Virus record (IMG/VR): IMGVR_UViG_3300025838_001141 | Span: 1 to 29,603 of that record | Reading direction: 5' to 3' (one strand) | DNA from: a virus | Lineage: Duplodnaviria; Caudoviricetes | DNA: 29,603 nucleotides | Shown here: positions 18,623 through 28,064 of the stretch, in pieces | How positions within the stretch are numbered: position 1 is the stretch's first letter | Layout: each line of letters begins with the position of its first letter | Notes under the pieces: model-generated | The model's input: the letters and a program-made list of their open reading frames with translations, nothing else | What the model was told of the DNA's origin: nothing | Database searches by the model: none | Translations under genes and position numbers: made by a program

Positions 18623-20269
18623 TTATGTTCCAAGCCGCGTGATTGTTGGTAGATAAGCGCTGGTCTGCATCGTGTTGCGCGTGTCGCCAGAGAATTCCAT
18701 CCGGAATGGCCCGTAGGTGGCCGCGTCAAACGTGTGAATGTATTTAGAGCGCTTGGGATTGCCCGGTTTTTTGGCATCCTCTTCCAAGTGACGCAACATT
18801 TCAATGTGGCCCGGGCATGTCGCGCTCACGAAGTATTCATCCATGTACAGCTTTGACTGCAAGAAGCGGACGCGGCTTTCTACGGAGCCAGCGCCCTTTG
18901 GGCAGCCCAGCATCTTGATCGATTTACCATCAAACTCATTAACCACCTTCGCGAACTCTTTTTCAAAGTCCCACGCATCGTAAGAACCCTCGCCGCCCGG
19001 ACGCCACTGATTTACCGCGGACTCGTCAGTGGTGTGCCGAAAACTGAATTTGTACGGCCTGCCATCATTGGATGGAAGCGGCATCTCGGACCACTTGCGC
19101 ATTTTCCCAATGATCTCAGCCGCCATCAGCTTGTAGAGGATTCGCTCACGCAAATGAATGACCTCGTCGATGACTATCCAAATTGGCTTTTTGGCGGTCG
19201 GCACAAGCTGGAGAAACGACACACACGAGTTTACTTGGCCCAAGTCGTAGCTGATGTCGATTGGGTAGCCGGCGCGCGGAAGCAGTCCAATACTGCTCTT
19301 GGCGTCCCCCTTGACGTGGACGTCAAATGAGAAATATTGCTTAAACAGCCCCTCGCCAGTTGGTCTTGGCGTCCAAATGCCCTTGATGAGCCGATCAACG
19401 GCACTAGTGTCGTTCTTGGCTTCAACCAGCAATGTATTTTGGTAGGACCGCTTTTCCTCTGCGCTCCAAAATACATTCTCGGTCAACGGGACATGCCAGA
19501 CGGCAAACTTTGGATCCGTCCCTTTTAACCGACCGCCGCCGTTTGGAATTTCAATTTTCTTCGACTCGTCCTTCCCATCGTTCACCATCGTGCGCCAAAC
19601 CCAATGCTCCTCACCTGAATCAGCCGGGTTACAGTTCGCCATGTAGATTTTAGGCGCGCCAGTTGGGCGACGAAGTTGTTGCAGTGGGGCGTTCAGATAA
19701 TCAGCCGAATCGGTTTCCGTGATTTCCTCGAACAAGAAAAGGCTTGGCTCCATGCCCTTAATGCGGGCCTTGATGTTTTCGCCGTGCGGGATGGACTTCA
19801 GGATTACCCGCGACCACGTTCCAAATTTATTCCCAACAAAGGCGTAGCGGTTTTTTTGGTCATCCATCTTCGGCTCGGTGAATTCAAGCCCGATGCCGTC
19901 GTACCACTCTGGGAGCGTCAAGGAGAACAGCTTTTCCCAAGCACCACCTTCGGTTGCCGCGCTTCGCAAGATGGCGCAAATGACCGCCAGTGGGGTAATG
20001 TGGGGCTTTCCAGCTATGGGCGCAACCAGGTCACTGTAAAGATGGTTGACGACACAGTGGAGCGATATGCCAGACTTGAACGAGCCGCGTTCTCCGTAAA
20101 GCAGCTTGACGATTGCCTCGCTAGGGTTGCCCGGGACGCTGTTGGTCCGCATGATGTCGAGGCCGATTGGCCCAATCTTGGGACGCCAAGATTTGCGCTT
20201 TGGCTCACGCGGCTTTCGGCCCGGCGGCGGATCCAACAACGCCGCCAGCGTTTGCATATCATCGCTCAT
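18623..20269 (-). CDS. terL: Terminase large subunit, 548 aa
   Basis: Walker A-like LLYGERGSFKS, Walker B LFLFEEI preceded by IKG, coupling motif ANCNP, RNase-H-like nuclease ISYDLG and HTFDAATY. Confidence 0.9.
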   Translation of the reverse strand: MSDDMQTLAALLDPPPGRKPREPKRKSWRPKIGPIGLDIMRTNSVPGNPSEAIVKLLYGERGSFKSGISLHCVVNHLYSDLVAPIAGKPHITPLAVICAILRSAATEGGAWEKLFSLTLPEWYDGIGLEFTEPKMDDQKNRYAFVGNKFGTWSRVILKSIPHGENIKARIKGMEPSLFLFEEITETDSADYLNAPLQQLRRPTGAPKIYMANCNPADSGEEHWVWRTMVNDGKDESKKIEIPNGGGRLKGTDPKFAVWHVPLTENVFWSAEEKRSYQNTLLVEAKNDTSAVDRLIKGIWTPRPTGEGLFKQYFSFDVHVKGDAKSSIGLLPRAGYPIDISYDLGQVNSCVSFLQLVPTAKKPIWIVIDEVIHLRERILYKLMAAEIIGKMRKWSEMPLPSNDGRPYKFSFRHTTDESAVNQWRPGGEGSYDAWDFEKEFAKVVNEFDGKSIKMLGCPKGAGSVESRVRFLQSKLYMDEYFVSATCPGHIEMLRHLEEDAKKPGNPKRSKYIHTFDAATYGPFRMEFSGDTRNTMQTSAYLPTITRLGT

Positions 20270-20919
20270 TGGTCGTCGAGGTCTAAGATGCCCTTGGGTC
20301 GCTTGGCACCTTTCTTTTTACCGTTGACGATTTGATGAACCTTGGCCTGCGTCAGCATTCCGTCGAGAACACTGTTGTGAAAATCTTTCAAGATCAAAAG
20401 CAGCGCGCGACGATCTTCGCGAAGCATGAATTTTTCTTGTGGCGTTAACTCACCATCGAGGGAGGTGTTAATTTTATCAACCTCGGCTTGAACAATCCAA
20501 AACTGCCGGTTAATCCCGCCCCCCATGCTTTCGACGGTTGATCGGAAGTGGTGGCGCTGCTGCTTTTGACAGGTGAGCGCGAGTTTGGCCGCATCTGGCG
20601 GCAACCCCATGTTCTCCAGCCCCGCCTTTACCGCCGCATCCTCTTTTTCAAGCAACGCAGCAACGTCAGCCTCCTCCGGCAGCACCTCCTCCTCATCGGC
20701 CGTCATTGGCGGAATATCGGCCGGCGGTCGATGGATTACGGTTGCATCGGCGGGCGGAGTGACACGACTTGGCGACCAGCGAGCAAACAGTGATTTATTG
20801 TCGCGAATGGCGTCTCGAAGCTGGCGGGGATTACAGCCTAGCACATGAGCCGCTTCGGTGATTTTTCCACCTGTTTGCTCAAGTGCTAAGTTGATTATGG
20901 CTTCCCGTTCAGCATCCAT
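20266..20919 (-). CDS. Probable terminase small subunit with N-terminal Fis-type HTH, about 217 aa
   Basis: ATGA overlap with terL. EREAIINLALEQTGGKITEAAHVLG matches Fis/HTH_8; helical C-terminal half. Start moved to ATG 20919. Confidence 0.62.
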   Translation of the reverse strand: MDAEREAIINLALEQTGGKITEAAHVLGCNPRQLRDAIRDNKSLFARWSPSRVTPPADATVIHRPPADIPPMTADEEEVLPEEADVAALLEKEDAAVKAGLENMGLPPDAAKLALTCQKQQRHHFRSTVESMGGGINRQFWIVQAEVDKINTSLDGELTPQEKFMLREDRRALLLILKDFHNSVLDGMLTQAKVHQIVNGKKKGAKRPKGILDLDDQ

Positions 20920-20923
20920 GTGG

Positions 20924-21163
20924 TTATTCCGCCGGGATGAAATCCAGATAATATTTCTGGCCGGCAACGAATTTGCCGACGAGGTCCGGATTCGTAATGG
21001 TGATGTCCAACGTGCCGCTCGGCGTCCAACGAGCGAAATCGTTGTCCTCGCTTTTGCCAGTGGTATCGAATGGCTTGTCGGTGACCGCTTGCAGAATTAC
21101 CTGCTGATGGTTTTCCGCATGGTTGCGGACTTCTTGAACTACGAATTTTGCGCGAGTATTCAT
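20924..21163 (-). CDS. Conserved small phage protein of unknown function, 79 aa
   Basis: RAKFVV...EDNDFARWTPSGTLDITITNP...F..GQKYYLDF is a motif I recognise as widespread in phages. Confidence 0.75.
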   Translation of the reverse strand: MNTRAKFVVQEVRNHAENHQQVILQAVTDKPFDTTGKSEDNDFARWTPSGTLDITITNPDLVGKFVAGQKYYLDFIPAE

Positions 21164-21198
21164 ATTTATTTGTCTGTTTCGATGCTCGATGCCGCTGG

Positions 21199-21573
21199 CT
21201 ACGGGTGAGTTTTTCGCCAGCGATTCATCCGAGCAAAATCTGAAAGAGCTTCCGGAGTGATTAAAAAAGCATTACTGCTCGTGTTTGCTATGCCGTAATT
21301 CGTGGCCAGCGGTGGAGCAAACTGCTTTCCATACACCAAAATGAGAGCATTGTAGCGGTCGCGAGCGTGCGCCGTTATGATCGCCCCACCATCTGCGGTC
21401 CACGCAATAAGCCCACTGTTTTGCTCGGCTCCGTCCCATGAAGCGGTGGATGACTTAACCACCGTTGGCGTAACCGTTGAGCACCCAGATAGCAGGCAAA
21501 GAATCCCTGCAATTACGGCGGCGGATAAAATCCACGGCAAAAAATCACTCTGCGATTTCTTCACGGATTTCAT
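21199..21573 (-). CDS. Lipoprotein, o-spanin (Rz1)-like, about 124 aa
   Basis: MKSVKK...ILSAAVIAGILCLLSG|C lipobox; its start lies inside the upstream 68-aa gene in another frame (29-nt overlap). Confidence 0.6.
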   Translation of the reverse strand: MKSVKKSQSDFLPWILSAAVIAGILCLLSGCSTVTPTVVKSSTASWDGAEQNSGLIAWTADGGAIITAHARDRYNALILVYGKQFAPPLATNYGIANTSSNAFLITPEALSDFARMNRWRKTHP

Positions 21574-21751
21574 TGGTGTTCTTTTTTGCGATGGCTGCAT
21601 TTGTCGCTGAGTTGGCATCGGTTTCGTTCTGGGCCGCTGCCGCCGCCTGCACGTTGGCCGCGTTCTTCAAAGCGCTTCGACCAGAGGCCCAGGAAAAGAT
21701 TTCTTTCACCGCCGAGAACGCAGCGGTGATCACGGATGTGATCGGGTTCAC
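21545..21751 (-). CDS. Small helical protein, i-spanin (Rz)-like, 68 aa
   Basis: Amphipathic N-terminus plus Ala-rich helix; overlaps the downstream lipoprotein gene. Confidence 0.45.
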   Translation of the reverse strand: MNPITSVITAAFSAVKEIFSWASGRSALKNAANVQAAAAAQNETDANSATNAAIAKKNTNEIREEIAE

Positions 21752-22260
21752 TTACTGGTGGGGTAAATGGTTAAAATACCCTGCGCAAATGATGTGAGTC
21801 CCGGCACTGCGTAGAGCGACCAGTTGCTCAACTTTTGGTCCAGCGCGTATCCCAAAAACGTCTGGTACGCTGCCACGCCTGCGTTGACACCAGAGATAAC
21901 GCTCGGGTCAACTCCAGTGGTGAAAGCGTTGGCGATGTTTTGCACCGCATTCGGATCCGTGGAGCCTGTGCCAACCAAGTCTTCAATGCCAGTGGCCACC
22001 GCTTGCAAATAAGCGATGCTATTGGTGTCCGACCGGCCAGCGATGGTTGCAGCGGCAACACCGGTAAGCTTCATGGTTGCAGCAAACTGATTAGTGTTGA
22101 CCGGGTTCCCAAAAACAAACAACAGTCCATTGGTGTCAGTCCCAACGACAGATGTATTGCCTGAGCCGGTCTTGCAACCGCAGCCGGTGACAATGGTGAA
22201 CGTGGTAGCGATTGCGACCAGCATTACCAGTGCGATGATGTAACGAGCATTATTTTTCAT
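21748..22260 (-). CDS. Predicted lipoprotein, 170 aa
   Basis: MKNNARYIIALVMLVAIATTFTIVTG|CGC signal peptide and lipobox; helical mature part. Confidence 0.6.
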   Translation of the reverse strand: MKNNARYIIALVMLVAIATTFTIVTGCGCKTGSGNTSVVGTDTNGLLFVFGNPVNTNQFAATMKLTGVAAATIAGRSDTNSIAYLQAVATGIEDLVGTGSTDPNAVQNIANAFTTGVDPSVISGVNAGVAAYQTFLGYALDQKLSNWSLYAVPGLTSFAQGILTIYPTSK

Positions 22261-22266
22261 GGTTAT

Positions 22267-22635
22267 TTATTTCAGTCTTGTTTCGGTTTGGGAAGCGTCC
22301 TTGAGCGCGTCGCCCACGAACGGGATTTTTTGCTCGATGCGTTTCAGCAGTTGCGCATGGAACAGCCAGGCGAACATGCCAATAACACACCCTAGAATCA
22401 GGGTAGCAATTAAATAGCGAAAAAAAGAAGCTTTGTCCGCGTGCGCATCAGCCGGCGGCACACACAAAAACAAATACGCGCCAGCCGACACCGATATTGT
22501 CAAAAGCGGAATACGCTGGTTTGGAAATGACGGAATGAGCTTGAGAACATACCCAACAAACAGAGCAGCCAGAACAGCCAGAACAGCCGGGTTAATTTGA
22601 ACCAGCGACCAAACAAATTGCAGCGGATCGTTCAT
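22267..22635 (-). CDS. Holin-like membrane protein (about 3 TM), about 122 aa
   Basis: Hydrophobic segments with the GYVLKLIPSFPNQRIPLL holin-like motif and a charged C-terminus. Start moved to ATG 22635 (ATGA overlap). Confidence 0.65.
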   Translation of the reverse strand: MNDPLQFVWSLVQINPAVLAVLAALFVGYVLKLIPSFPNQRIPLLTISVSAGAYLFLCVPPADAHADKASFFRYLIATLILGCVIGMFAWLFHAQLLKRIEQKIPFVGDALKDASQTETRLK

Positions 22636-22856
22636 TTTGACTCCTTGTCTTTTTTGCAGAGCGCTTTGTTGTGCTTCAGTGAGTAGTAGGCCGCGCACAG
22701 GCCAATGCACACCGATATAAATCCAACTATCGGAGTCAGCACACCAAGCCATGTCAGAAGCACGGCTGCCCCACTCCCGACGCTCGCAGACATCCCAAAC
22801 GCGGGCTTGCTGGCAGCCATTGCGAGCTTGGCCCCTAGTAGTTGATTTGTGTCCAT
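22632..22856 (-). CDS. Small holin/antiholin-like membrane protein, about 74 aa
   Basis: Long hydrophobic stretch followed by a basic tail (KHNKALCKKDKESK); probable start at MDTNQ. Confidence 0.55.
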   Translation of the reverse strand: MDTNQLLGAKLAMAASKPAFGMSASVGSGAAVLLTWLGVLTPIVGFISVCIGLCAAYYSLKHNKALCKKDKESK

Positions 22857-22868
22857 TAGTTGTTCCAA

Positions 22869-23210
22869 TTAAGGCCGCAATGCCAGCCAGTTTGTCTGCA
22901 CGTTGGTTTCCGAAAAGTGGAATATCACCTGCAAGTTGGTCCCGACAAGATTGACGCCGTACCAGGGATATTTCGGCTCGGGCAAGCGGATAACGTTGGT
23001 ATGGTTCACCGCCGGGGCCGGCCGATCTTTGAAATGCCAGCGCAGTAAATTCTGTCCTTTCGTTTCGATGTCCAATAGCAGCACCAGCCCGATCAGCATG
23101 GCCAGAAAAGCAAAGATTCGCGTCAGGGCCTCAAGCGTCGGCAGCGGCCGTCCCGAAAGCCAACGGCTGGTTTTGAAGCCCCAAGTATTCAACCAATCAA
23201 GCATTTTCAT
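22869..23210 (-). CDS. Single-TM membrane protein with TN-rich C-terminus, 113 aa
   Basis: TM segment IFAFLAMLIGLVLLL; HTN, GTN, ETN and QTN in the last ~45 aa; ATGA overlap with the upstream gene. Confidence 0.55.
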   Translation of the reverse strand: MKMLDWLNTWGFKTSRWLSGRPLPTLEALTRIFAFLAMLIGLVLLLDIETKGQNLLRWHFKDRPAPAVNHTNVIRLPEPKYPWYGVNLVGTNLQVIFHFSETNVQTNWLALRP

Positions 23211-24567
23211 GGCAGTAAGTTAGTGCACGACAGCACCGTGAAATTGGACCACTGACCAAAATGAATGGAGTCGAAATTCCAAGCGCCCGGCGCGGAATTG
23301 GTGAAGGATCGTAGCCCGCCGAAGCTCGCCCGCAGGACGTTCGTGTCGTAATAGCGATCCCAAGAATTGGTCTGGTAGAAATCAATGCTGAAAGTAAACG
23401 CCGGAGCGGGATTCGTAAAAATAATCATTGTGTTATTGGTCAGCGTCAAGACCAGGCCCACACGGATTTGATTGGTGTATTTGGACAGATCCACGACGAC
23501 GTTGCTCCCGCTGGTGTAGTTGAGAACGTTGCCCAAAACGTTGGAGGATAGCCCGGTAACTTGCGAGCTGGCCACTGTGCCATAAAAATTGGTTGCCCCC
23601 TTTGAATTTCCGGAAGTGTTGTTGGTTAAAGATCCCGTTACCGAGGAACCGTTCAAATTCGTCACACTGGCACCATTGCCAGAAAGCGTTCCGGTAAACG
23701 TTCCGGCGAGGGTCAACCCCGTCGCGTTGTTCGTCACCACGGCCGCCGGCAAGGTAATCAATGGAACCGTGCCGGTGATGGCTCCCCCGTTTACATTGGT
23801 CATGCCGCCGCCGTTGCCGTTGAATTGGCTGGATGTGCTGATTGGCCCGCTGCCGACAATGCCGTTGGCCGAATTGTTGGTAATCGTGCCATCTGTACCA
23901 CTCACCGCGAATCCGCCGTTGTAGTTGCGGAAACCAAGCGCAGAAACAAAGCTGTTTGTATTGTAGTTGGTGCCTGAAAAATAGGTATTGCCGTACACCG
24001 TCAGGTTTGAAAGCACCGTGGGCAAATTGTTCGTGAGATTCAGCACCAACCGACCGTTGACCACCGCGACGGTGCCGAGGATCACTTGCGTGCCACCGTT
24101 CGCCATAGAAGCATTTGTCACAAACTCAGAGACTGAATGCGACGAAACAGTTCCAAGCGTTGGTGCTCCAAACAGCGATCCGTACGGAATATTTGTGACC
24201 AATGCTCCATTACCTGAAAACGCGCCATAGTATACGCCATTCACAAACACGCAGTTATTTACTCCATTAAAAACCGCCGTCCCATCCGCATTAATTTGCC
24301 ACAGGTCGCCAGACAGCCATGTGTTTCCGCCAAAATTTACATTGCCTAAAAAATTTACATTGTTGGTGAATGTTCCAAATATTGATCCAGCGTTCAGGTT
24401 GCCACCACCAAATGAAAGCCCGCTGTGAGCGAGGCTATACGGCGTTACAGGCTTGGTTTGATTTTGGCCGTCCGCAACCTCGTATGTGGTAGCTACAAAA
24501 GGCGCAACCGGCTGCTGGGCGACAATGCTGCCAGCCAACATTATCAACGCAAATGTTAAAACTAGGT

Positions 24568-24571
<4 letters not shown>
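23207..24571 (-). CDS. Exported fibre-like TN-rich protein, about 454 aa
   Basis: Signal-like [18 protein letters not shown]|QQ from ATG 24571 (ATGA overlap); repeated (F/L)xGNGxxxTN motifs; about 19 TN by hand count. Confidence 0.72.
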
Positions 24572-25280
<709 letters not shown>

Positions 25281-25284
<4 letters not shown>

Positions 25285-25967
25285 AAGAATTTAATAAGTA
25301 GAATTTGGCTGGACGCCGCTTTTACAAAATAATCTGCTACTGTAAGCTTCGCACCAGATGGCGCATCCAAAACAAAACCAGAGCTCCCAACCGGAATGTC
25401 TTGAGACCACCCGCACACACCATTCACGTCCACGCCGTCGGTAATTGTAACAACTGCGGTATTGCTGGTCGGTGTTGAAAAGATGATCTTCTGAGCTTGA
25501 ATGGTCAGGGTTAAAAGCGGGGTGTTGGTCAAAACGTCAGCCGTCAATGCCCCAGAAAGCGCGCAATTTGACACCGGAAGATCAACGTAGGTGCCATCGC
25601 TGGCCACATTTGAAATCTGACCAAAAGTATTCACGCGATAGCCGGCCGAGGTGTTGGCGACAAACTTTACCGCCGACCCCACTTTCAACCAAGACGGTGC
25701 AACCGTTCCGCCCGCAAAGAATAGACGAAACGCATTGATTTGCGAATTCGCCGGAAGCACACCGCCATTGGTGCCAGCACCAGCGGTTTGAATCATCGCC
25801 GGATTGACCGGCGTAACCCCGCCCGTTTGAAGCGTAGTCAGCTTTTGAATCACCACTGATGGGGGAGTGATTGCTGTAAAGGTCGTAGTCCCAACAGTAA
25901 GCTGAAACGAGTTTGAGCGCAGAACCGGAAGGTTCATTGCGGCGGTCACGGCAGGCATTGTGTTCAT
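25281..25967 (-). CDS. Beta-rich phage hypothetical protein, 228 aa; first gene of the late region
   Basis: Long ORF with an upstream promoter; overlaps the start of the collagen gene; no signal peptide. Confidence 0.65.
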
Positions 25968-25995
25968 AGGCAGCTAAAAATTGTGTCTATCCAAA

Positions 25996-26026
25996 GCAAC
26001 CTTACTTCAAGGGTTACATTTGTCAA
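25996..26026 (-). promoter_or_regulatory. Sigma70-type promoter overlapped by the 22-bp operator (copy at 25996-26017)
   Basis: Minus strand TTGACA-N16-TAAGGT; operator GTAACCCTTGAAGTAAGGTTGC. Confidence 0.75.
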
Positions 26027-26057
26027 ACGCAATCTTCTCGCCGACTGAACCGCCGGA

Positions 26058-27167
26058 TTAAATAGCCCAAAATTCGTTCGCTGACTCAACTGAGACAATC
26101 TCGCGATAATGGGCAAATAAGACCTGCTCGCTATGACCAGCCATCTCTGCAGCCGCACGAGCGCCAAACTTGGTCATGGCGTAACTGCAAAACGAATGCC
26201 GCAACACATCATGGCTCCACGTAGCGCCCGCGAGCTTGACCAATTTGCGCATACGCTTGGTGAGATTAATGTTGCCAAAGCGCACGCCCGGCACATCGAG
26301 CCATCGCCGCAGAGTCGCATTGACGACCACCACGCGGCGTTTCCGGAGCTTTGATTGCGCGCCACTCAAATCAATCACACCGTCGCGCACGTTTTCAACT
26401 ACTAGCTTCTGAGCCTCGGCCGGCCGCAGCCCGCCAAACAAAATCGGACAGATGTACCCCAGCAACGCTGGATCATTTTCACGGCAGACATTCAATAGCG
26501 CCTTACATTGTTCGACTGTAAATATGACTGGTGGCTTGTGGTCGAGGCGTGGCCGGTCCACGCCGTCGCAGGGGTTGGAGGTCACAATTCCCCGCTTCAT
26601 GGCGAACTTGAACAGCGTGGAAACGTCCTTGAGATACCCCAGCCGAGTCTTGGGTTGCCATCCGTTTCCGTTCAGCCAGGTCGAGACTTGCGCCGATGTG
26701 ATTGTGGAAACGTCGCACATGTGCGATGCGGTGAAATTTTTTAGGGTACATTTCAATGTCTTGAGGTAGTTTGGGCGCACCCCAGACTCAGCCTTTGAGT
26801 CCAAGCAAAGCTGTACCACGTCGGCAACTGGCGAGCCGCTTGCACGCTTGGACGACCGCCAGAGAGCAACCGCTTGCAGTAGCTCCTCGGTGGTCAAGTC
26901 GGAGAACGTGCGCCAAAGAGATACTGCGTCCGTAAGCTGACTTGGGGTCATGTCGAGAAACTCAAATGCCGGCGATCCACGAACGGCAGTCAACTTCTTG
27001 CAAAAGTCAATGGCTGGCTTTTTCTCGTTGAAGAACTTCCGGGCCGGGCCAGTCCCAACCAAGTCACTCGGCACGCGCACGATCCAGCATTGCTTTCCAT
27101 TTTTTACCAGCTCTCTTGGGATAATGGGAATTGTTCTGGTGCTGCCTTGGTGCTGCGCTTTTGACAT
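26058..27167 (-). CDS. int: Tyrosine recombinase (phage integrase), about 369 aa
   Basis: Catalytic set intact: GGLRPAE (R), SKLRK (K), HDVLRHS, AGHS, HY; SAM-like core-binding region. Start moved to ATG 27167 (MSKAQHQ). Confidence 0.93.
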   Translation of the reverse strand: MSKAQHQGSTRTIPIIPRELVKNGKQCWIVRVPSDLVGTGPARKFFNEKKPAIDFCKKLTAVRGSPAFEFLDMTPSQLTDAVSLWRTFSDLTTEELLQAVALWRSSKRASGSPVADVVQLCLDSKAESGVRPNYLKTLKCTLKNFTASHMCDVSTITSAQVSTWLNGNGWQPKTRLGYLKDVSTLFKFAMKRGIVTSNPCDGVDRPRLDHKPPVIFTVEQCKALLNVCRENDPALLGYICPILFGGLRPAEAQKLVVENVRDGVIDLSGAQSKLRKRRVVVVNATLRRWLDVPGVRFGNINLTKRMRKLVKLAGATWSHDVLRHSFCSYAMTKFGARAAAEMAGHSEQVLFAHYREIVSVESANEFWAI

Positions 27168-27182
27168 ATTTTCTTCTATTAC

Positions 27183-27202
27183 CTTCCACCATCTTCCACC
27201 AT
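27183..27202. repeat. Tandem 10-bp direct repeat CTTCCACCAT x2; candidate integrase arm-binding sites
   Basis: Exact tandem between the int start and the tRNA 3' end, about 90 bp from the presumed att core. Confidence 0.55.
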
Positions 27203-27239
27203 TGGTCAAACGGGTATTTTGAAAAGACTTGAGAAAAAC

Positions 27240-27286
27240 CAAATAAAAAGCCCGCAAACATTGAATATTTCAACATTTACGGGCTT
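27240..27286 (-). terminator. Long hairpin terminator downstream of the tRNA
   Basis: Minus strand AAGCCCGTAAATGTTGAA-ATA-TTCAATGTTTGCGGGCTT followed by TTTATTT. Confidence 0.78.
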
Positions 27287-27293
27287 ACTAAAT

Positions 27294-27370
<77 letters not shown>

Positions 27371-27383
27371 GTCAAGATTTGAA

Positions 27384-27411
27384 AATGTATCAAAGATTTT
27401 CAGACTAGCAA
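27384..27411 (-). promoter_or_regulatory. Probable tRNA promoter
   Basis: Minus strand TTGCTA-N16-TACATT with an extended TG, 13 nt upstream of the tRNA. Confidence 0.5.
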
Positions 27412-27417
27412 GCAAAT

Positions 27418-27990
27418 TCAAAATGGATTTACTCCGTACCGAATCCAATAGCCCGGCATTTTCACAAATTCCATCTTCAATTTGTGCGCAATCCCCAGCC
27501 GTGTCCAATCCTCTCGAGCAAAGGCGTAATATGCTGGCCGGGAATAAAATTTTAAGTCTGGAGCGTAATGCTCGAACGTTCGTTGCGCTCGCCGGGCGTG
27601 GTACCACGAAGTCACAAGTATTACACTGCGCACCTTTTCCGCATGCAACCGCTCCAGTGTAAAGCGCGCATTTTCACTCGTGGTCATGGACTTGCCCTCG
27701 ACTTCAATGGCTGCCGCCGGCACGCCGGCTGTGAGCAACAATTGGCGGTTGATGGCATCGTCGCCTGCACCGCTAATAATGATGCGCGCCGCACAATGTT
27801 GATGAAACAACTCGGCGGCCCGCAATGGACGTTCATGCGAACCGCCGCCGAGAACCACGATTACGTCAGCGGAAACCGGCCCGCTGTCCACGCACAGGAT
27901 TTTTTCCGGATAAAAATATCCGATAACGCCAAACACCGCCGCGAGCAGCAGAAGCAGCAACAACAAGCGAACGATTATTTTTCTAATCAC
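27418..27990 (-). CDS. YdcF/ElyC/SanA family (DUF218) protein, host gene, about 190 aa
   Basis: N-terminal TM; ADVIVVLGGG...ER, IIISG, SMTTSENA, LVTSWYHARRA. Probable GTG start at 27990. Confidence 0.88.
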   Translation of the reverse strand: MIRKIIVRLLLLLLLLAAVFGVIGYFYPEKILCVDSGPVSADVIVVLGGGSHERPLRAAELFHQHCAARIIISGAGDDAINRQLLLTAGVPAAAIEVEGKSMTTSENARFTLERLHAEKVRSVILVTSWYHARRAQRTFEHYAPDLKFYSRPAYYAFAREDWTRLGIAHKLKMEFVKMPGYWIRYGVNPF

Positions 27991-28064
27991 AAAAATAGAT
28001 TTACCAAAATGTGCTGATTTGCAATCCAAACTTGCCGCCGCCAAATATCAGCGAACCAACCAAT

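Noticed and set aside
27168-27257. Longer 399-aa integrase start
   Set aside because: The extension runs through the tRNA terminator and the arm-like repeats; ATG 27167 with an A-rich context is more plausible.
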